Assembly (NCBI GenBank): GCA_001805965.1 | Contig: MHHG01000053.1 | Coordinates: 1,512 to 65,511, forward strand | Source: Omnitrophica WOR_2 bacterium RIFOXYA2_FULL_38_17 | GTDB lineage: Bacteria; Omnitrophota; Gorgyraeia; Zapsychrales; Zapsychraceae | DNA: 64,000 bases | Reading direction: 5' to 3' | Program-made: the position numbers and the translations under genes | Notes under the pieces: generated by a model | Seen by the model: only the letters and a program-made list of their open reading frames with translations | Told to the model about the DNA's origin: nothing | The model's database searches: none | Shown here: positions 43,054 through 53,841 of the stretch, one piece after another | Layout: each line of letters starts with the position of its first letter | Numbering within the stretch: the first letter of the stretch is position 1

Positions 43054-43169
43054 GATCCAGGCAACAAACACGCTTATTGTCTCTTACGAAATAAGAAATA
43101 AACCCTAGGATACAGCTTTCTTTTTTGGTATGATACCACAATATTAAAATCTAATTAACTCGTAAGAAA

Positions 43170-45797
43170 ATGGAACCAGACAAAAAAACATTAAATGATA
43201 ATAGCGCAAAAGCTCGTTGCGTTTTAAATATTTCAAAAAAAAGCACATTCCTTAAGTATTTGCTTGTCTTTATACTTTCATCCTCCATAGGCATATATTT
43301 CCGCCTTTTTCCTTTAATAAACTACTCTCCTGGTGATTTTCGAGAAAAAGCTACTTTAATTGTTATTCATCAGCTTAGAGAAATTGTGATAAAAAATATC
43401 GAGGCCAATAATCCTGACCTTAGTCCTCAGGAGAAAGCTTTACTGATAAGAACACAATTTAACAGACTTTTAAATACAGAAAAACTGAAAGTGCGGAGTT
43501 CAATAAATTCAGTCACTAGGAATTTCGCCGAGCAATCTCTCGAGAAAAGAAATAGCCCTTATCTTTTAGCTTCAGATTCTTTTTATTATTACGGATTAAC
43601 AAAGAACATAGTAAAAACCGGGAAAATAGCCGACACTATTAAGGGAAGCAAATACTTAAATCCTCTTATGCTTGCACCAAACGGCCATTATGAGCCGTTA
43701 AACCTACATCCCTACATTGGCTTCTTTATCTATAAAATAATGCTGATCTTTAACCAAAGTACTGACCTGATGCATGCTGTTAGCTATACTCCGCTTGTTA
43801 TTGCAGCATTATCAGTGGTCCCATTCCTTGCAATTTGTTATTCTTTTGGAGTAAGCGCAATAGCTTCTTTTGTGGGAGCTGTCTTTTTCCTTCTCGCTCC
43901 GATTTATATTAAAAGAAGCACCTTCGGATGGTATGATAATGACCCCTACAATACCTTTTTCCCATTACTGATCTTATCAATAATTTTTTTGGGATTATCA
44001 AAAAAATCCCTAAAACAAAATTTGCTATATGGACTTTTAAGTGCCTTCTTGCTTATGCTTTATGCCTTTTTCTGGCAGGGATGGGTCCTAATCTTCTTTG
44101 TTATCTTTTCATCAGGCATATTAATAATTTTATATGACCATTTTATTTTGAAAGATAAGCTTGTGTCAAAAAATTCTTTTTCATATTTCGGTATTTTTTC
44201 AATTCTAAGCTTCTTTGCAGTGTCATTAGCTTTCGGTGCCGGTGAATTCTTTGTTCTATTTAAAGAAGGCTGGATAGCATTAAAGAATTTCTTAACACCC
44301 CAATTATCATTATGGCCAGACCTATACATGAGCGTATCTGAGCTTCACAATGCAACGCTTAGTTATATAGTTGAATACTCCGGGGGTAAATTCTTTATAG
44401 CTATAGCCTTATTGGGATTTATTGCTTCACTGATCACTATCCCAAGGCAAAAAAAGCCTGAAGACGTTCCAAAAATCATCATGATAACTGTCTTTCTATC
44501 GATATCCCTAATTATCGCTTCCGGAGCACAAAGATTTGTTATGCTTGTATTTGTCCCTCTTTCAATATTCTTTGCCATTGGAATTGAGAGGATTTACAGA
44601 TTTTTTTCTTTCATTATAAATTTAAAAATACCTGAATCAAGGAATTCAGCCAGCTTAAATCCTAAGAAATTAATTGCTAACATTTTATTGGCAATTGTTA
44701 TCCTAGTTACTGTTTTTATACCTATAAAATCTATTCACAATACAATTGAATCTCTGCTTAATCCTATATTTAATGAAACATGGGAAAGTGCTTTGCTCCA
44801 AATTAAGGAAAAAACACCCAAAGATAGCATTGTTACCACCTGGTGGCCACCTGGGCATTTTATAAAAGCTATTGCAGAAAGAAGTGTTACGTTTGATGGT
44901 GCTACAATAAATGTTCCCCAAGCATATTGGGTTTCCAACATATTCTTAAGCCAGGATGAAACTCAAGCTTTAGGTTTTATAAGAATGCTTAACAATAGTG
45001 GGAATAAAGCTGCTGATTTTCTAGTCCAAGAACGCGGCTTTGAACTATCAACGAGCATAGCACTTTTAAAACTTATTACCGCGTTACCTCCAATAAAAGC
45101 TGCAATCGCCCTATCAACTGTTTTTAATGATGCTGACTCCATTAACAGATTATTAGAACTAACTCATAAAACACCGCCTCCATCCTACTTACTGATATAC
45201 AATGAGTTTGTAGAAAATAATCTTCAGCTGAAATTCATTGGAAAATGGAATTTTACCGAGCTTGAGAAAATCAATAAGGACCCTGCCCTTTTAAAACAAG
45301 TCCCTGATAGGAATTCTGACCAGTATGTTCAATTCCTCTGGAAACTTGTTGGAGGCGCTTATAAATATAGCGGTATTCTTAATCAGCTTGACGCTAACCG
45401 AAATAGAGTGATCTTCGACGAAAATGTTATAATCGATTTAAAAACAAAAGAATGTATTGTAAATTCAAATACATACGGAAAAGGCACGCCTATAAGTGTC
45501 TTATATCTTGAGGATAATGAATTAAAAGAAGAACTGCAAAAAACCCCAACTCTCTCATATTCTGCACTACTAATAAAGGATCAAGATGCATATAAATGCA
45601 TCCTTCTTGATAGGCCTCTGGCAAGATCCCTTTTAGTTCACCTTTACTTCTTTGAAGGAAAAGGCCTAAGATATTTCAAGCCTTTCATAAAGGAATCTGA
45701 TCTGACAGTACGAACGAAGATAATGGTATACGAAGTTGACTGGAAACAATATTCAGAAGATACTCAAATGAAACTCCCTAATCTCCCGGGTTTATAA
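43170..45797 (+). CDS. STT3/AglB/PglB-type oligosaccharyltransferase homologue with a variant WWPPGHF motif
   Basis: 13 TM segments plus a periplasmic domain. EL1 DSFYYYG. EL5 SVSE motif (MSVSELH). WWPPGHFI where STT3/AglB/PglB-type enzymes carry WWDYGxx. Confidence 0.6.
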   Translation: MEPDKKTLNDNSAKARCVLNISKKSTFLKYLLVFILSSSIGIYFRLFPLINYSPGDFREKATLIVIHQLREIVIKNIEANNPDLSPQEKALLIRTQFNRLLNTEKLKVRSSINSVTRNFAEQSLEKRNSPYLLASDSFYYYGLTKNIVKTGKIADTIKGSKYLNPLMLAPNGHYEPLNLHPYIGFFIYKIMLIFNQSTDLMHAVSYTPLVIAALSVVPFLAICYSFGVSAIASFVGAVFFLLAPIYIKRSTFGWYDNDPYNTFFPLLILSIIFLGLSKKSLKQNLLYGLLSAFLLMLYAFFWQGWVLIFFVIFSSGILIILYDHFILKDKLVSKNSFSYFGIFSILSFFAVSLAFGAGEFFVLFKEGWIALKNFLTPQLSLWPDLYMSVSELHNATLSYIVEYSGGKFFIAIALLGFIASLITIPRQKKPEDVPKIIMITVFLSISLIIASGAQRFVMLVFVPLSIFFAIGIERIYRFFSFIINLKIPESRNSASLNPKKLIANILLAIVILVTVFIPIKSIHNTIESLLNPIFNETWESALLQIKEKTPKDSIVTTWWPPGHFIKAIAERSVTFDGATINVPQAYWVSNIFLSQDETQALGFIRMLNNSGNKAADFLVQERGFELSTSIALLKLITALPPIKAAIALSTVFNDADSINRLLELTHKTPPPSYLLIYNEFVENNLQLKFIGKWNFTELEKINKDPALLKQVPDRNSDQYVQFLWKLVGGAYKYSGILNQLDANRNRVIFDENVIIDLKTKECIVNSNTYGKGTPISVLYLEDNELKEELQKTPTLSYSALLIKDQDAYKCILLDRPLARSLLVHLYFFEGKGLRYFKPFIKESDLTVRTKIMVYEVDWKQYSEDTQMKLPNLPGL

Positions 45798-45863
45798 CGA
45801 AGCGACTGAACAAAAGTATTTGTGACTACAAGCTTGCTCGCTCGGGACGATATCGCCAAGAGA

Positions 45864-46787
45864 TCAAAAAGAATGTCCCGTCATTCCATAATAATCGCCA
45901 AAAATTGAACTTGCTGCGTCTTTTCTATTCCTTAATTCGCGAATACGCTCAGCACCTGTCATGTTCTCAAGGTCAGGCTTATCGTAAACAAGCGGTTTCT
46001 CTCTTAAACGAACTTTCATCCCTCCGACACCATCATCAAATACAGTCTTATTTTTCTCTAGCTCCAGGGGAAATTGCTTAATTAATGTTGATTGTTTGTT
46101 TCCCTTTGCTACAAGCGGAGCACCAAATTCATTTGGGTTTATCTGCTTTCCATTTCTAATCATGTTCTCAAGCTCTAACGCAAGGCTCTCATATTTTATT
46201 TTTCTTAATGAAGTAATCAGCTCCAAAACTTTATGGCTATCTCCCTGAAGATAATAAGCAATCCCAAGGCCTAAATATGCATAAGGAGGCTGGTTTGACT
46301 CCTTAGCAGTAACTTTTTCAAAATATTCAATAGCTGAAGAAGCATCTCCCATCCCGATCAAATAAACCCAGCCTAATGATATTTGTACAGAAACCATATT
46401 AGGATCGATCTCAAGAGCCCTTTTGCATGCTGCTTCAGCTTTCTCAAATTCACCTAAACTATAATATGTCTTTCCCAGATTTTCATAACCTGCAGCAAGA
46501 TTTGGGTCCAATTCGACAGCCTTTTCGAAATAATAAATAACATTGTCCAGCTCAAGCCCTTTGGCCCTATAAGCCATTCCAAGATAATTGTAAGAATGCG
46601 CAAATCCCGGATGTATCTTTAATGTTTCATCGAAAAGCTTTATTGCTTGTTCATAATTTCCATTGTCAAACTCTTGCGCTGCTTTTTCAAATATAGTTTT
46701 CAGGCTATTAACATCTATAGGCTCCGCCGCAACCATTGAAGACATGCATATAACAATTGTTATTATAAAAATTATTGGATTTTTCAT
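45864..46787 (-). CDS. Secreted TPR-repeat protein, possibly a pilotin-like accessory
   Basis: Signal peptide plus 5-6 TPR repeats. Lies just downstream of gspM. Confidence 0.6.
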   Translation of the reverse strand: MKNPIIFIITIVICMSSMVAAEPIDVNSLKTIFEKAAQEFDNGNYEQAIKLFDETLKIHPGFAHSYNYLGMAYRAKGLELDNVIYYFEKAVELDPNLAAGYENLGKTYYSLGEFEKAEAACKRALEIDPNMVSVQISLGWVYLIGMGDASSAIEYFEKVTAKESNQPPYAYLGLGIAYYLQGDSHKVLELITSLRKIKYESLALELENMIRNGKQINPNEFGAPLVAKGNKQSTLIKQFPLELEKNKTVFDDGVGGMKVRLREKPLVYDKPDLENMTGAERIRELRNRKDAASSIFGDYYGMTGHSF

Positions 46788-46840
46788 TTCAATTAAATAC
46801 AGCAGGAATGCTTTGATATGATTAAATTTACTGGAAGCTT

Positions 46841-47419
46841 CTATTTATTAGCAGCAATTTCTTTTGATGATCTTGAACCGATTGAAACTTTCACTACCGA
46901 CATCGACACATTCACCGTATTCTCAACGCCTCTTTTGGGAGACATATTGAATTTTACTACCTTTAGCAGCTCTTCTGTAGAATTTATTTCGTGCATAAAC
47001 GTTAAAACATCTTCTAATGTTCCTACACAGTCTAAATTCGCATAATATTTATCAAAATCTTTCTCGTGTTTTACTTCTGAAGGGTTGCTTTTAACCAGAT
47101 TGACTTTTGTCTTTGTTGCAAGCCTTTCAACCACGCTTAAAAAATCAGCATTAACGATATCAGCATCTTTCTGGTCCTTGTTAATATAATTCTCATAAAC
47201 CTTTAACTCTCTTACAATCTTATCCTTATATGCCAAAAATCTGATATCTCTAATAACGCTTTGCTCTTGTATAGAAATCTCATTATCAATGGTATAAAGT
47301 TTGCTTAATACCGGGCCCAGAAATAACCTGTCAAAACATGCTAACAGGACAAATAAAACAGTTACATAAAATACTTTTTTCTCGTTCTCAGATAAATTGG
47401 AAATAAATTTCTGAATCAA
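46841..47419 (-). CDS. gspM: T2SS GspM / PilO-like bitopic protein
   Basis: Single N-proximal TM, periplasmic domain, operon position after gspL. Confidence 0.5.
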   Translation of the reverse strand: MIQKFISNLSENEKKVFYVTVLFVLLACFDRLFLGPVLSKLYTIDNEISIQEQSVIRDIRFLAYKDKIVRELKVYENYINKDQKDADIVNADFLSVVERLATKTKVNLVKSNPSEVKHEKDFDKYYANLDCVGTLEDVLTFMHEINSTEELLKVVKFNMSPKRGVENTVNVSMSVVKVSIGSRSSKEIAANK

Positions 47420-47421
47420 CT

Positions 47422-48909
47422 TTACTCCTCCGTAGTTTCCGCTTGAACCACATCATCGTCAGCAAACGATTTTAATTTTAAAGTTATCTCAAAAGCAGAC
47501 ACATCTTTTCCCCTGTCCTTCTTTGAGGTAGTTGACTTTATCTCTACGCTTTTGAAAAGAGGTGACTCTTTTAGCGTTGTGCCTAAATTAAAAACAAGCG
47601 AAGCAATATCAGAAACCCCTTGGATACTTACGCTTCCGTCTTCATCAAGAAATACATTAGTCAAATAAACACTGTCGGGGATATTATAATACAATTCCTT
47701 TATTGTTTCTAAGCTAACCATTCTTCCTGCTAAATATTTTTGAATAATCTTTGTTTGCTTAGCATCTTCCTCAAGCCTTACAACTTCCTCCCTATTAGCC
47801 TTGTACTTTGATTTCAGATTGTTCAAATATGTGCTCTTAAAATAAATACGCAACCCTAAAGTTAAAGCCACTAAAAATAGAACAATAAAACCTGCCATTG
47901 CCGCCCTCAAAAATTCTACCCCTTGTTCCTCCAATGATCTTTGCATAAGGACTTCCTCGGGCATAAGATCAACTTGCATATCCTTAACAATCGATACAGC
48001 AGAGACTATATCAAGGAATGAAGTGTTTGAATAGTTATTGGCTATTTTCTTTAATGCTCCGCTTGCTACTTTAACATTATCAACATAAGGTATAAACTCA
48101 ACTACCCAATTAAGCTTTTCTTTTAAGGCCGTTTGAAGGGCTTTTGTATTTTCATCATCGGTTGTAATCAAATACTGTACCGGAGCAGGCTCAATATCTT
48201 CATTAATGTAAAGGTCCAAAGTCATTTTAATCTCATCAACAAGCTTGTTAATTGCATCTATACCCTCGCTAGCAAGCTGATTTTTACCGACAGGAATGCT
48301 CCTTGAAGAAATAGAGATTCCGCGGAAAGCTATAACAAAATTTGTTGAATTTTCATCAACATCAATGATTCCCTTTGGAGTTGCTTCTGCCTTCCATCCA
48401 AGCGCATCAGAATATAATCCGGCTATACCTTCTGGGGCAAAAAGCACTTTTTCGATCTTAATTCCAGCTTTTTCAAAAACCTCCAACTGGCTTTTAAGAA
48501 CATTTTTGTTGGCAATAACAAGCAGTATCTTTGAATAATTGCTCTTATATACTCCTATGTTCACAAAACCAACCTGGATTTCATCCCTTGAAAACGGCGT
48601 ATGCCTTCCTGCCTGCAAGCCTACAATAGACTTGATCTCTTCAGGATTAGTCGAAGGAACTTCAATATTCTTTGTTGTTACCATGCTAGGAGGGACAACA
48701 CAAACTGCAGTGTATTTCTTTGCATTAAAACTACTTAATGCAGATTGAACAGTTTTAGGAAGATCTGCTTCAGACATTCCCTTAATATCTTTTGAAAAAA
48801 CATTAAGAACTTTACATGCTTTTAACGAACCTTTGACCTGCGCTATTTTCAACAGGTCATCACCCAAAGAAATACAGATATACTCATTGATCTTATTAGA
48901 CATAAACAA
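47422..48909 (-). CDS. gspL: T2SS GspL-like protein (actin-like cytoplasmic domain, TM, periplasmic domain; PilM-PilN-like)
   Basis: N-terminal YICISLGDDLLKIAQV actin-fold start. TM at about residue 330. Periplasmic C-terminal domain. Confidence 0.55.
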   Translation of the reverse strand: MFMSNKINEYICISLGDDLLKIAQVKGSLKACKVLNVFSKDIKGMSEADLPKTVQSALSSFNAKKYTAVCVVPPSMVTTKNIEVPSTNPEEIKSIVGLQAGRHTPFSRDEIQVGFVNIGVYKSNYSKILLVIANKNVLKSQLEVFEKAGIKIEKVLFAPEGIAGLYSDALGWKAEATPKGIIDVDENSTNFVIAFRGISISSRSIPVGKNQLASEGIDAINKLVDEIKMTLDLYINEDIEPAPVQYLITTDDENTKALQTALKEKLNWVVEFIPYVDNVKVASGALKKIANNYSNTSFLDIVSAVSIVKDMQVDLMPEEVLMQRSLEEQGVEFLRAAMAGFIVLFLVALTLGLRIYFKSTYLNNLKSKYKANREEVVRLEEDAKQTKIIQKYLAGRMVSLETIKELYYNIPDSVYLTNVFLDEDGSVSIQGVSDIASLVFNLGTTLKESPLFKSVEIKSTTSKKDRGKDVSAFEITLKLKSFADDDVVQAETTEE

Positions 48910-48985
48910 TCCTTAACATTTGGATATTATATACGATTTAATTTTATTATATACTAATATAACTAACTGTAACAACAGAAAATCA

Positions 48986-50041
48986 TTATTTTTCTCTCCA
49001 ATATTCTATACGATTTTCTAATGCATTATACACGCAGACGGCTTCAAGAACCTCTTCTTTATTACGTATTCTAGCCCTACTTCCTATCAAATAAAAGGAA
49101 GAATTTGTTTTTATTCGTTGGGCTAAATTCAGAAGATCTATCTCTCTTATTTCAGATATTTCTAGTTTTGTAAAGGCAAGCATGTCAACGGCCATGTCAA
49201 AAGTTTTATGAAATATATGGTCATCAACGCTAAAATCTTTGTCATCAAATCCTCTTCGCACCATTAAAAATTTATCAATAACACTTTGGCTCAATCCAAT
49301 AGCATAGAGAACCTGATATGAAGCTGTATTTATATTTACCAAACCATCTCCGTAAACAGTAATGAATGGATACAATCTTTCATATACATCCTCGGTAAAT
49401 CCTTCGACAAGCAACAATTCATCTATAAGCTCAAACGGCTTGCTTTTGATCTCATAGGGAAATTCCAGGTTTGAGTAATATTCATTACTATAGAAACCCT
49501 CGGCATGCGATTGTCCGAATTCCCGCCAATCAATAATATTATTAGCCAACCACGCGGCATCTTCTTGATCAAGCCCCAGAACACTCATTATCAAACGCAC
49601 GATAACATCCTGAGGCGCCACATTAATATTTATTTTACTTTCTGCGTCGACAACTCCATACTTGATTTCAACTGCAGATGAACTGCTGCCATAATAGGGA
49701 TATGACACGTCAAAATACCCGTCTCCGACCACTATTCCCTTGAATTTATCCGGATTATTATGCCTATAATATTTCCCGTATGACGTATAAAGATCACCGT
49801 TCCTGCTGATATCCATCCTTATTGAAGCAATGGCTTTTTTTATTCCAGCATCAGCAATATAATGAAGCTTGCTTCTTGTTTCCAATCTCAAGAGCATTGT
49901 AGCTTTTTGCTGGATCTTCATTCCAATCTGAACAGCAAATACGCTCAAAAAAACAACAGTCCATAAAGCAAGGATCAGAACAGAGCCCGCTCTTTCACGA
50001 CTAATCAAATTTTTAAAATTCATATACAAAGCTCTCGCCAA
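48986..50041 (-). CDS. gspK: T2SS minor pseudopilin GspK-like
   Basis: RGSVLILALWTVVFLSV N-terminus, 351 aa. Confidence 0.6.
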   Translation of the reverse strand: MARALYMNFKNLISRERAGSVLILALWTVVFLSVFAVQIGMKIQQKATMLLRLETRSKLHYIADAGIKKAIASIRMDISRNGDLYTSYGKYYRHNNPDKFKGIVVGDGYFDVSYPYYGSSSSAVEIKYGVVDAESKININVAPQDVIVRLIMSVLGLDQEDAAWLANNIIDWREFGQSHAEGFYSNEYYSNLEFPYEIKSKPFELIDELLLVEGFTEDVYERLYPFITVYGDGLVNINTASYQVLYAIGLSQSVIDKFLMVRRGFDDKDFSVDDHIFHKTFDMAVDMLAFTKLEISEIREIDLLNLAQRIKTNSSFYLIGSRARIRNKEEVLEAVCVYNALENRIEYWREK

Positions 50042-50665
50042 TTATCCGCCTATAGGTATATCAATGAATTTTCTCATTGACCTTTCGCCACGGCTATCTT
50101 TAAACACAACCAATACTTCAATAGCTGAAGGAATATAATCTAAAATTTCATTCTTTGTGATTTCACCTTCAGGGGTTAGAACAAAATAGGTGAATTTCAG
50201 CCTTTCAACAGAGCCAACTATTTTTGATTCTCTAGAATATTGCTCACTTACTGCCTGGCTGTAATTAGCCTGCCTTCTATAAATACTGTCTGATATTGGA
50301 TCAAAATAATATTCTACTTTTCCTAACTGATCAACATATGAACCCTCCGGATGCCCTGATCCCTTATCTGCTTTTGTATAAACTATCGCAGGAAAACTAA
50401 ACCTAAAGACATCACCCTGTGGCTTTATCCTCGAATAAGAATAAACATTTCTCAGATCTTTACTTATTTTATCAAAAAACATTGCTATATCTTCCTCAAC
50501 AACCAGGCGGTTAGACTCCTGCCAAACCCTGATACCGCTAGATAAACAACTGTAAATAGCAACGCTAATTACTGCGATAAGGGATGTTACGATAAGTATC
50601 TCAATCAGCGTCATCGCTGATTTATTTTCCAATCTTTTAATGGACATTTTAAATTGAGTTCTCAT
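50042..50665 (-). CDS. gspJ: Minor pseudopilin (GspJ-like) with a prepilin N-terminal domain
   Basis: ...SAMTLIEILIVTSLIAV... Confidence 0.6.
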   Translation of the reverse strand: MRTQFKMSIKRLENKSAMTLIEILIVTSLIAVISVAIYSCLSSGIRVWQESNRLVVEEDIAMFFDKISKDLRNVYSYSRIKPQGDVFRFSFPAIVYTKADKGSGHPEGSYVDQLGKVEYYFDPISDSIYRRQANYSQAVSEQYSRESKIVGSVERLKFTYFVLTPEGEITKNEILDYIPSAIEVLVVFKDSRGERSMRKFIDIPIGG

Positions 50666-50697
50666 TTTCTTTATTAGTTGGGAAAAATCTAAAGCGG

Positions 50698-51165
50698 CTA
50701 TTTAAAATACTCGAAATCTGAAATATATGCTGAACGCGATAAGATCATTTCCTTCCCGCCAGAATCCCAAAGAAGAGAAAGGTCCAGTTCAAAAACATCT
50801 GCAAAATCTTCAACTTCTGAAATATTCATTCTTTGCCTAAACTCTATCTCTTTCGCTCCGACATTAAGCTTTTCTTTTCTGTTAAGTTCGAACGGTAACG
50901 TTTCATATACCCTTAGCATTCTTTCAATCGCAGTTATCCTATTATCAAGCAGCGTAGTAGCATAAAGCCTATTCGTTAAGTAATTCATGCGGTCTAAGGA
51001 AACTATAAATCCTTTAAAGATAATAACTATACCCAAAGACAGCACTGCAAGGGCAACCATAACCTCAACAAAAGTAAACCCTGAATCTGAAAACAAAAGC
51101 CGTCCTCTTCTCTTAGACAACTTCTCTTTCCTGTTCAGGGTATTATTTTTTCTCTTATGAAACAC
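50698..51165 (-). CDS. Minor pseudopilin (GspH/GspI-like)
   Basis: ...SGFTFVEVMVALAVLSLG... Confidence 0.6.
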   Translation of the reverse strand: MFHKRKNNTLNRKEKLSKRRGRLLFSDSGFTFVEVMVALAVLSLGIVIIFKGFIVSLDRMNYLTNRLYATTLLDNRITAIERMLRVYETLPFELNRKEKLNVGAKEIEFRQRMNISEVEDFADVFELDLSLLWDSGGKEMILSRSAYISDFEYFK

Positions 51166-51215
51166 TTATGTATTTTTGATTTTGCAAAAACTAATATTTA
51201 CAAGCTGGTAAGATT

Positions 51216-51659
51216 CTATTCTTCCCAATTATTTATATCATCACCAGAATTGCTTTTATCTCCGCCTAAAGAACTTAAATCATAGTCCGGCCTCTTCTTT
51301 CCCGGAGAGGTATAAACATAAGGCGAGCCCCACGGGTCAATTGGGTCTTTTTCAATATATGGGCCATTCCAATTGCGAGCCTCTGGAGTTGTGCTAGGCT
51401 TCTTTTTTAAAGCGGCCAATCCTTGTTCTGTAGAAGGGAAAGTCCCGTTATCAAGTTCATAGAGCTTTAATGCCGTAGCTAATTGAGAGTTGATATCTGA
51501 TTTTGCAACAGAAACTTTTGCCTGCTCACTTCTTCCCACAAGCCTGGGGACGACCATAGCAGCTAAAGCTGCAATAATAATAACCACCAGCATAATTTCA
51601 ATTAAAGTAAATGCCTTATTTCCTTTAAATAAAATTCTCATATCTCCTCCAAAGTTCAA
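51216..51659 (-). CDS. gspG: Major pseudopilin GspG (probable start at 51641)
   Basis: AFTLIEIMLVVIIIAALAAMVVPRL...AKVSVAKSDI...DPWGSPYVYTSPG...YDLSSLGGD...DINNW is a near-textbook GspG. Confidence 0.9.
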   Translation of the reverse strand: MNFGGDMRILFKGNKAFTLIEIMLVVIIIAALAAMVVPRLVGRSEQAKVSVAKSDINSQLATALKLYELDNGTFPSTEQGLAALKKKPSTTPEARNWNGPYIEKDPIDPWGSPYVYTSPGKKRPDYDLSSLGGDKSNSGDDINNWEE

Positions 51660-51705
51660 TAACTAATTAATCCATGTAATATCTATATATTATCATACAA
51701 CAGAT

Positions 51706-52557
51706 TTACTGTTTTTTCATATAACTTAACCATTTTTTTTCAAGGTCCTCAACACTATTTATCTTTAACACATAAGCATCTTTTAATGCGCTTTCAAAAT
51801 TCTTACCATCGCGCAAATTCCTGCATAAGCTTCCAAAACGTTGATTCCCATATTCGTCGATCAAGAACTTTACTATTGTATAACTTTCCAAATAAAAGAC
51901 AGTTACTTTTAAAGAATCCTCTTCATCCCTAATATCAACATTAAACAGCACATCAAAAGGGACATATTCATTCGCTTCGATCAATCCCTTCATTGCATGA
52001 CGAGCCCGTGCTGCTTTTTCAGCTTCCTGTAACTGCGCAACACCTTCTTCAAACCACATAGGTATTACTTTCTCAAAGCCAATAAAATCCCATAGAATTA
52101 AATGGCTGATCTCATGGGGAAGGGTCTCATCGACAAATGACCCTTCCTGAACAAATGAAATAATACTTCTGGTGTTTGATAATTGCTTATGCCCGACGAC
52201 ACCTCCCCTTGACCATTCAGGCTGGCCAGTCGCCTCGACAAACGCATCTCTGTCTGAATATATAGTAATAACCGCTCGATTATCCCAGGTCCAAAAATTT
52301 CTATACCGCGCATAACCTATATCTTGCGCTACCTTATCATAATAGATCTCAGACTTATTAAGGATATCTCTTGCCCACGATGCTGTTTCGCTAGATGGAT
52401 ATTTTATAATAAAATGCTTTCCTCTCTCCTCTCTCCATCCGGATGAATTCGCATCTTTAACAACAAGTACATTTTGATGTAAAAGAACAAAGAGAAACAT
52501 GTATAATATTTTCAGTCTTTTTTTCATCTCATCTTTAGTAAAACAATGCAATATCAT
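51706..52557 (-). CDS. Secreted HExxH zinc-metallopeptidase-like protein embedded in the T2SS operon
   Basis: Signal peptide and HEISHLILWDF motif. 4-nt overlap with gspF. Confidence 0.5.
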   Translation of the reverse strand: MILHCFTKDEMKKRLKILYMFLFVLLHQNVLVVKDANSSGWREERGKHFIIKYPSSETASWARDILNKSEIYYDKVAQDIGYARYRNFWTWDNRAVITIYSDRDAFVEATGQPEWSRGGVVGHKQLSNTRSIISFVQEGSFVDETLPHEISHLILWDFIGFEKVIPMWFEEGVAQLQEAEKAARARHAMKGLIEANEYVPFDVLFNVDIRDEEDSLKVTVFYLESYTIVKFLIDEYGNQRFGSLCRNLRDGKNFESALKDAYVLKINSVEDLEKKWLSYMKKQ

Positions 52558-53759
52558 GCAAATACATCAACCTGGAATATAGGCAATAACATGGCAAAAA
52601 CTATAAAGCCTACAATAACTCCAACAAGAAGGATCATCACGGGCTCAAGGAGCGTTGTAGTCATTTTTATCTTCTCGTCAATCTCCTGCTCATAAGTTTC
52701 AGCGATCTCAGCTAAAACATCATTAAGGCTTCCTGACTCTTCTCCAATTGATATCAAGTGCCCCATCATAGCAGGTATTTCGCTAGCAGCTTTTAACGAT
52801 TCTCCAAATGAACCTCCGGTTATAATATCCTGCTCACATTTTTTTAACTGGAGTACAAGCAAATCATTTTTAATTATTGGAGCTGCTATCCCTAAAGCCC
52901 TCACTAAAGGGATACCGCTTCTCATCAATAGTAAAAGGGTCGTCGAAAATCTTGTTAATTCACTTTTCAAAACCAGCTCGCCAAAAAAAGGCAGCCTCAG
53001 CATTGCCTTGCTTGATGCAAATCTACCAATCTTTGTTTTTCCCCACTGATGGAAAACCATAGCTGTAATTAATGACCCTATTATGACCCACGCCCACCAT
53101 TTTGACAAAAATGCGCTGACATTTATCAAGATAACAGTAACTAACGGTAACGCATCGCCCATTGATTCAAACAAGGATGACATCTTCGGCAAGACAAAAG
53201 TCAGAATGAAACAAATAGTCGCAACTCCCACAAATGCCATGAAAACAGGATACGCCATGGCCATTCTGATCTTAGACGATATCTCTTCTTGTCTCTTAAG
53301 ATGCTTTGAGACATTTGATAACATTTCCTGCAGATTGCCGCTTTCCTCACCAGCCCTTACCATGGTTACATATAAATACGGGAATATATTCTTGTATTCT
53401 GATATACATTCAGAAAAAGATTTTCCGTTCCTAACTCCCTGAACAATGTAATAAATAACTTTTCTGAAATACTGGTTAGCTGTCTGATCTTCAATAATCG
53501 TTAATGCCTTAAGAAGGGAAACACCCGCACGAAGAAGATTTACAAGCTGTTTACTAAACACATATAGCTCTTTCGTCCCGACTTTTCTTGCCAGGACGAT
53601 TTTCTTCCCTGGTTTGCCAACTTCTTCTTCCGTCACAGATACAGGGAGCAAACCTAGCTGATTGATAATATTTACTGCATCATCCTGGCTATTGGCATTT
53701 ATCTTGCCATTGACAGTTTCAGCATTTCTTTTTTTAGCTATATAGATGTATGTTTTCAT
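52554..53759 (-). CDS. gspF: T2SS inner-membrane platform protein GspF
   Basis: Two T2SF repeats, 3 TM segments, 401 aa. Confidence 0.85.
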   Translation of the reverse strand: MKTYIYIAKKRNAETVNGKINANSQDDAVNIINQLGLLPVSVTEEEVGKPGKKIVLARKVGTKELYVFSKQLVNLLRAGVSLLKALTIIEDQTANQYFRKVIYYIVQGVRNGKSFSECISEYKNIFPYLYVTMVRAGEESGNLQEMLSNVSKHLKRQEEISSKIRMAMAYPVFMAFVGVATICFILTFVLPKMSSLFESMGDALPLVTVILINVSAFLSKWWAWVIIGSLITAMVFHQWGKTKIGRFASSKAMLRLPFFGELVLKSELTRFSTTLLLLMRSGIPLVRALGIAAPIIKNDLLVLQLKKCEQDIITGGSFGESLKAASEIPAMMGHLISIGEESGSLNDVLAEIAETYEQEIDEKIKMTTTLLEPVMILLVGVIVGFIVFAMLLPIFQVDVFA

Positions 53760-53841
53760 TTTAAAAAACTAATTCTTTTGAACGCCTTAAAAGATCACAA
53801 ATAGCAGATTAATATATTTTCAGATTCGATATTTCGGAAGG

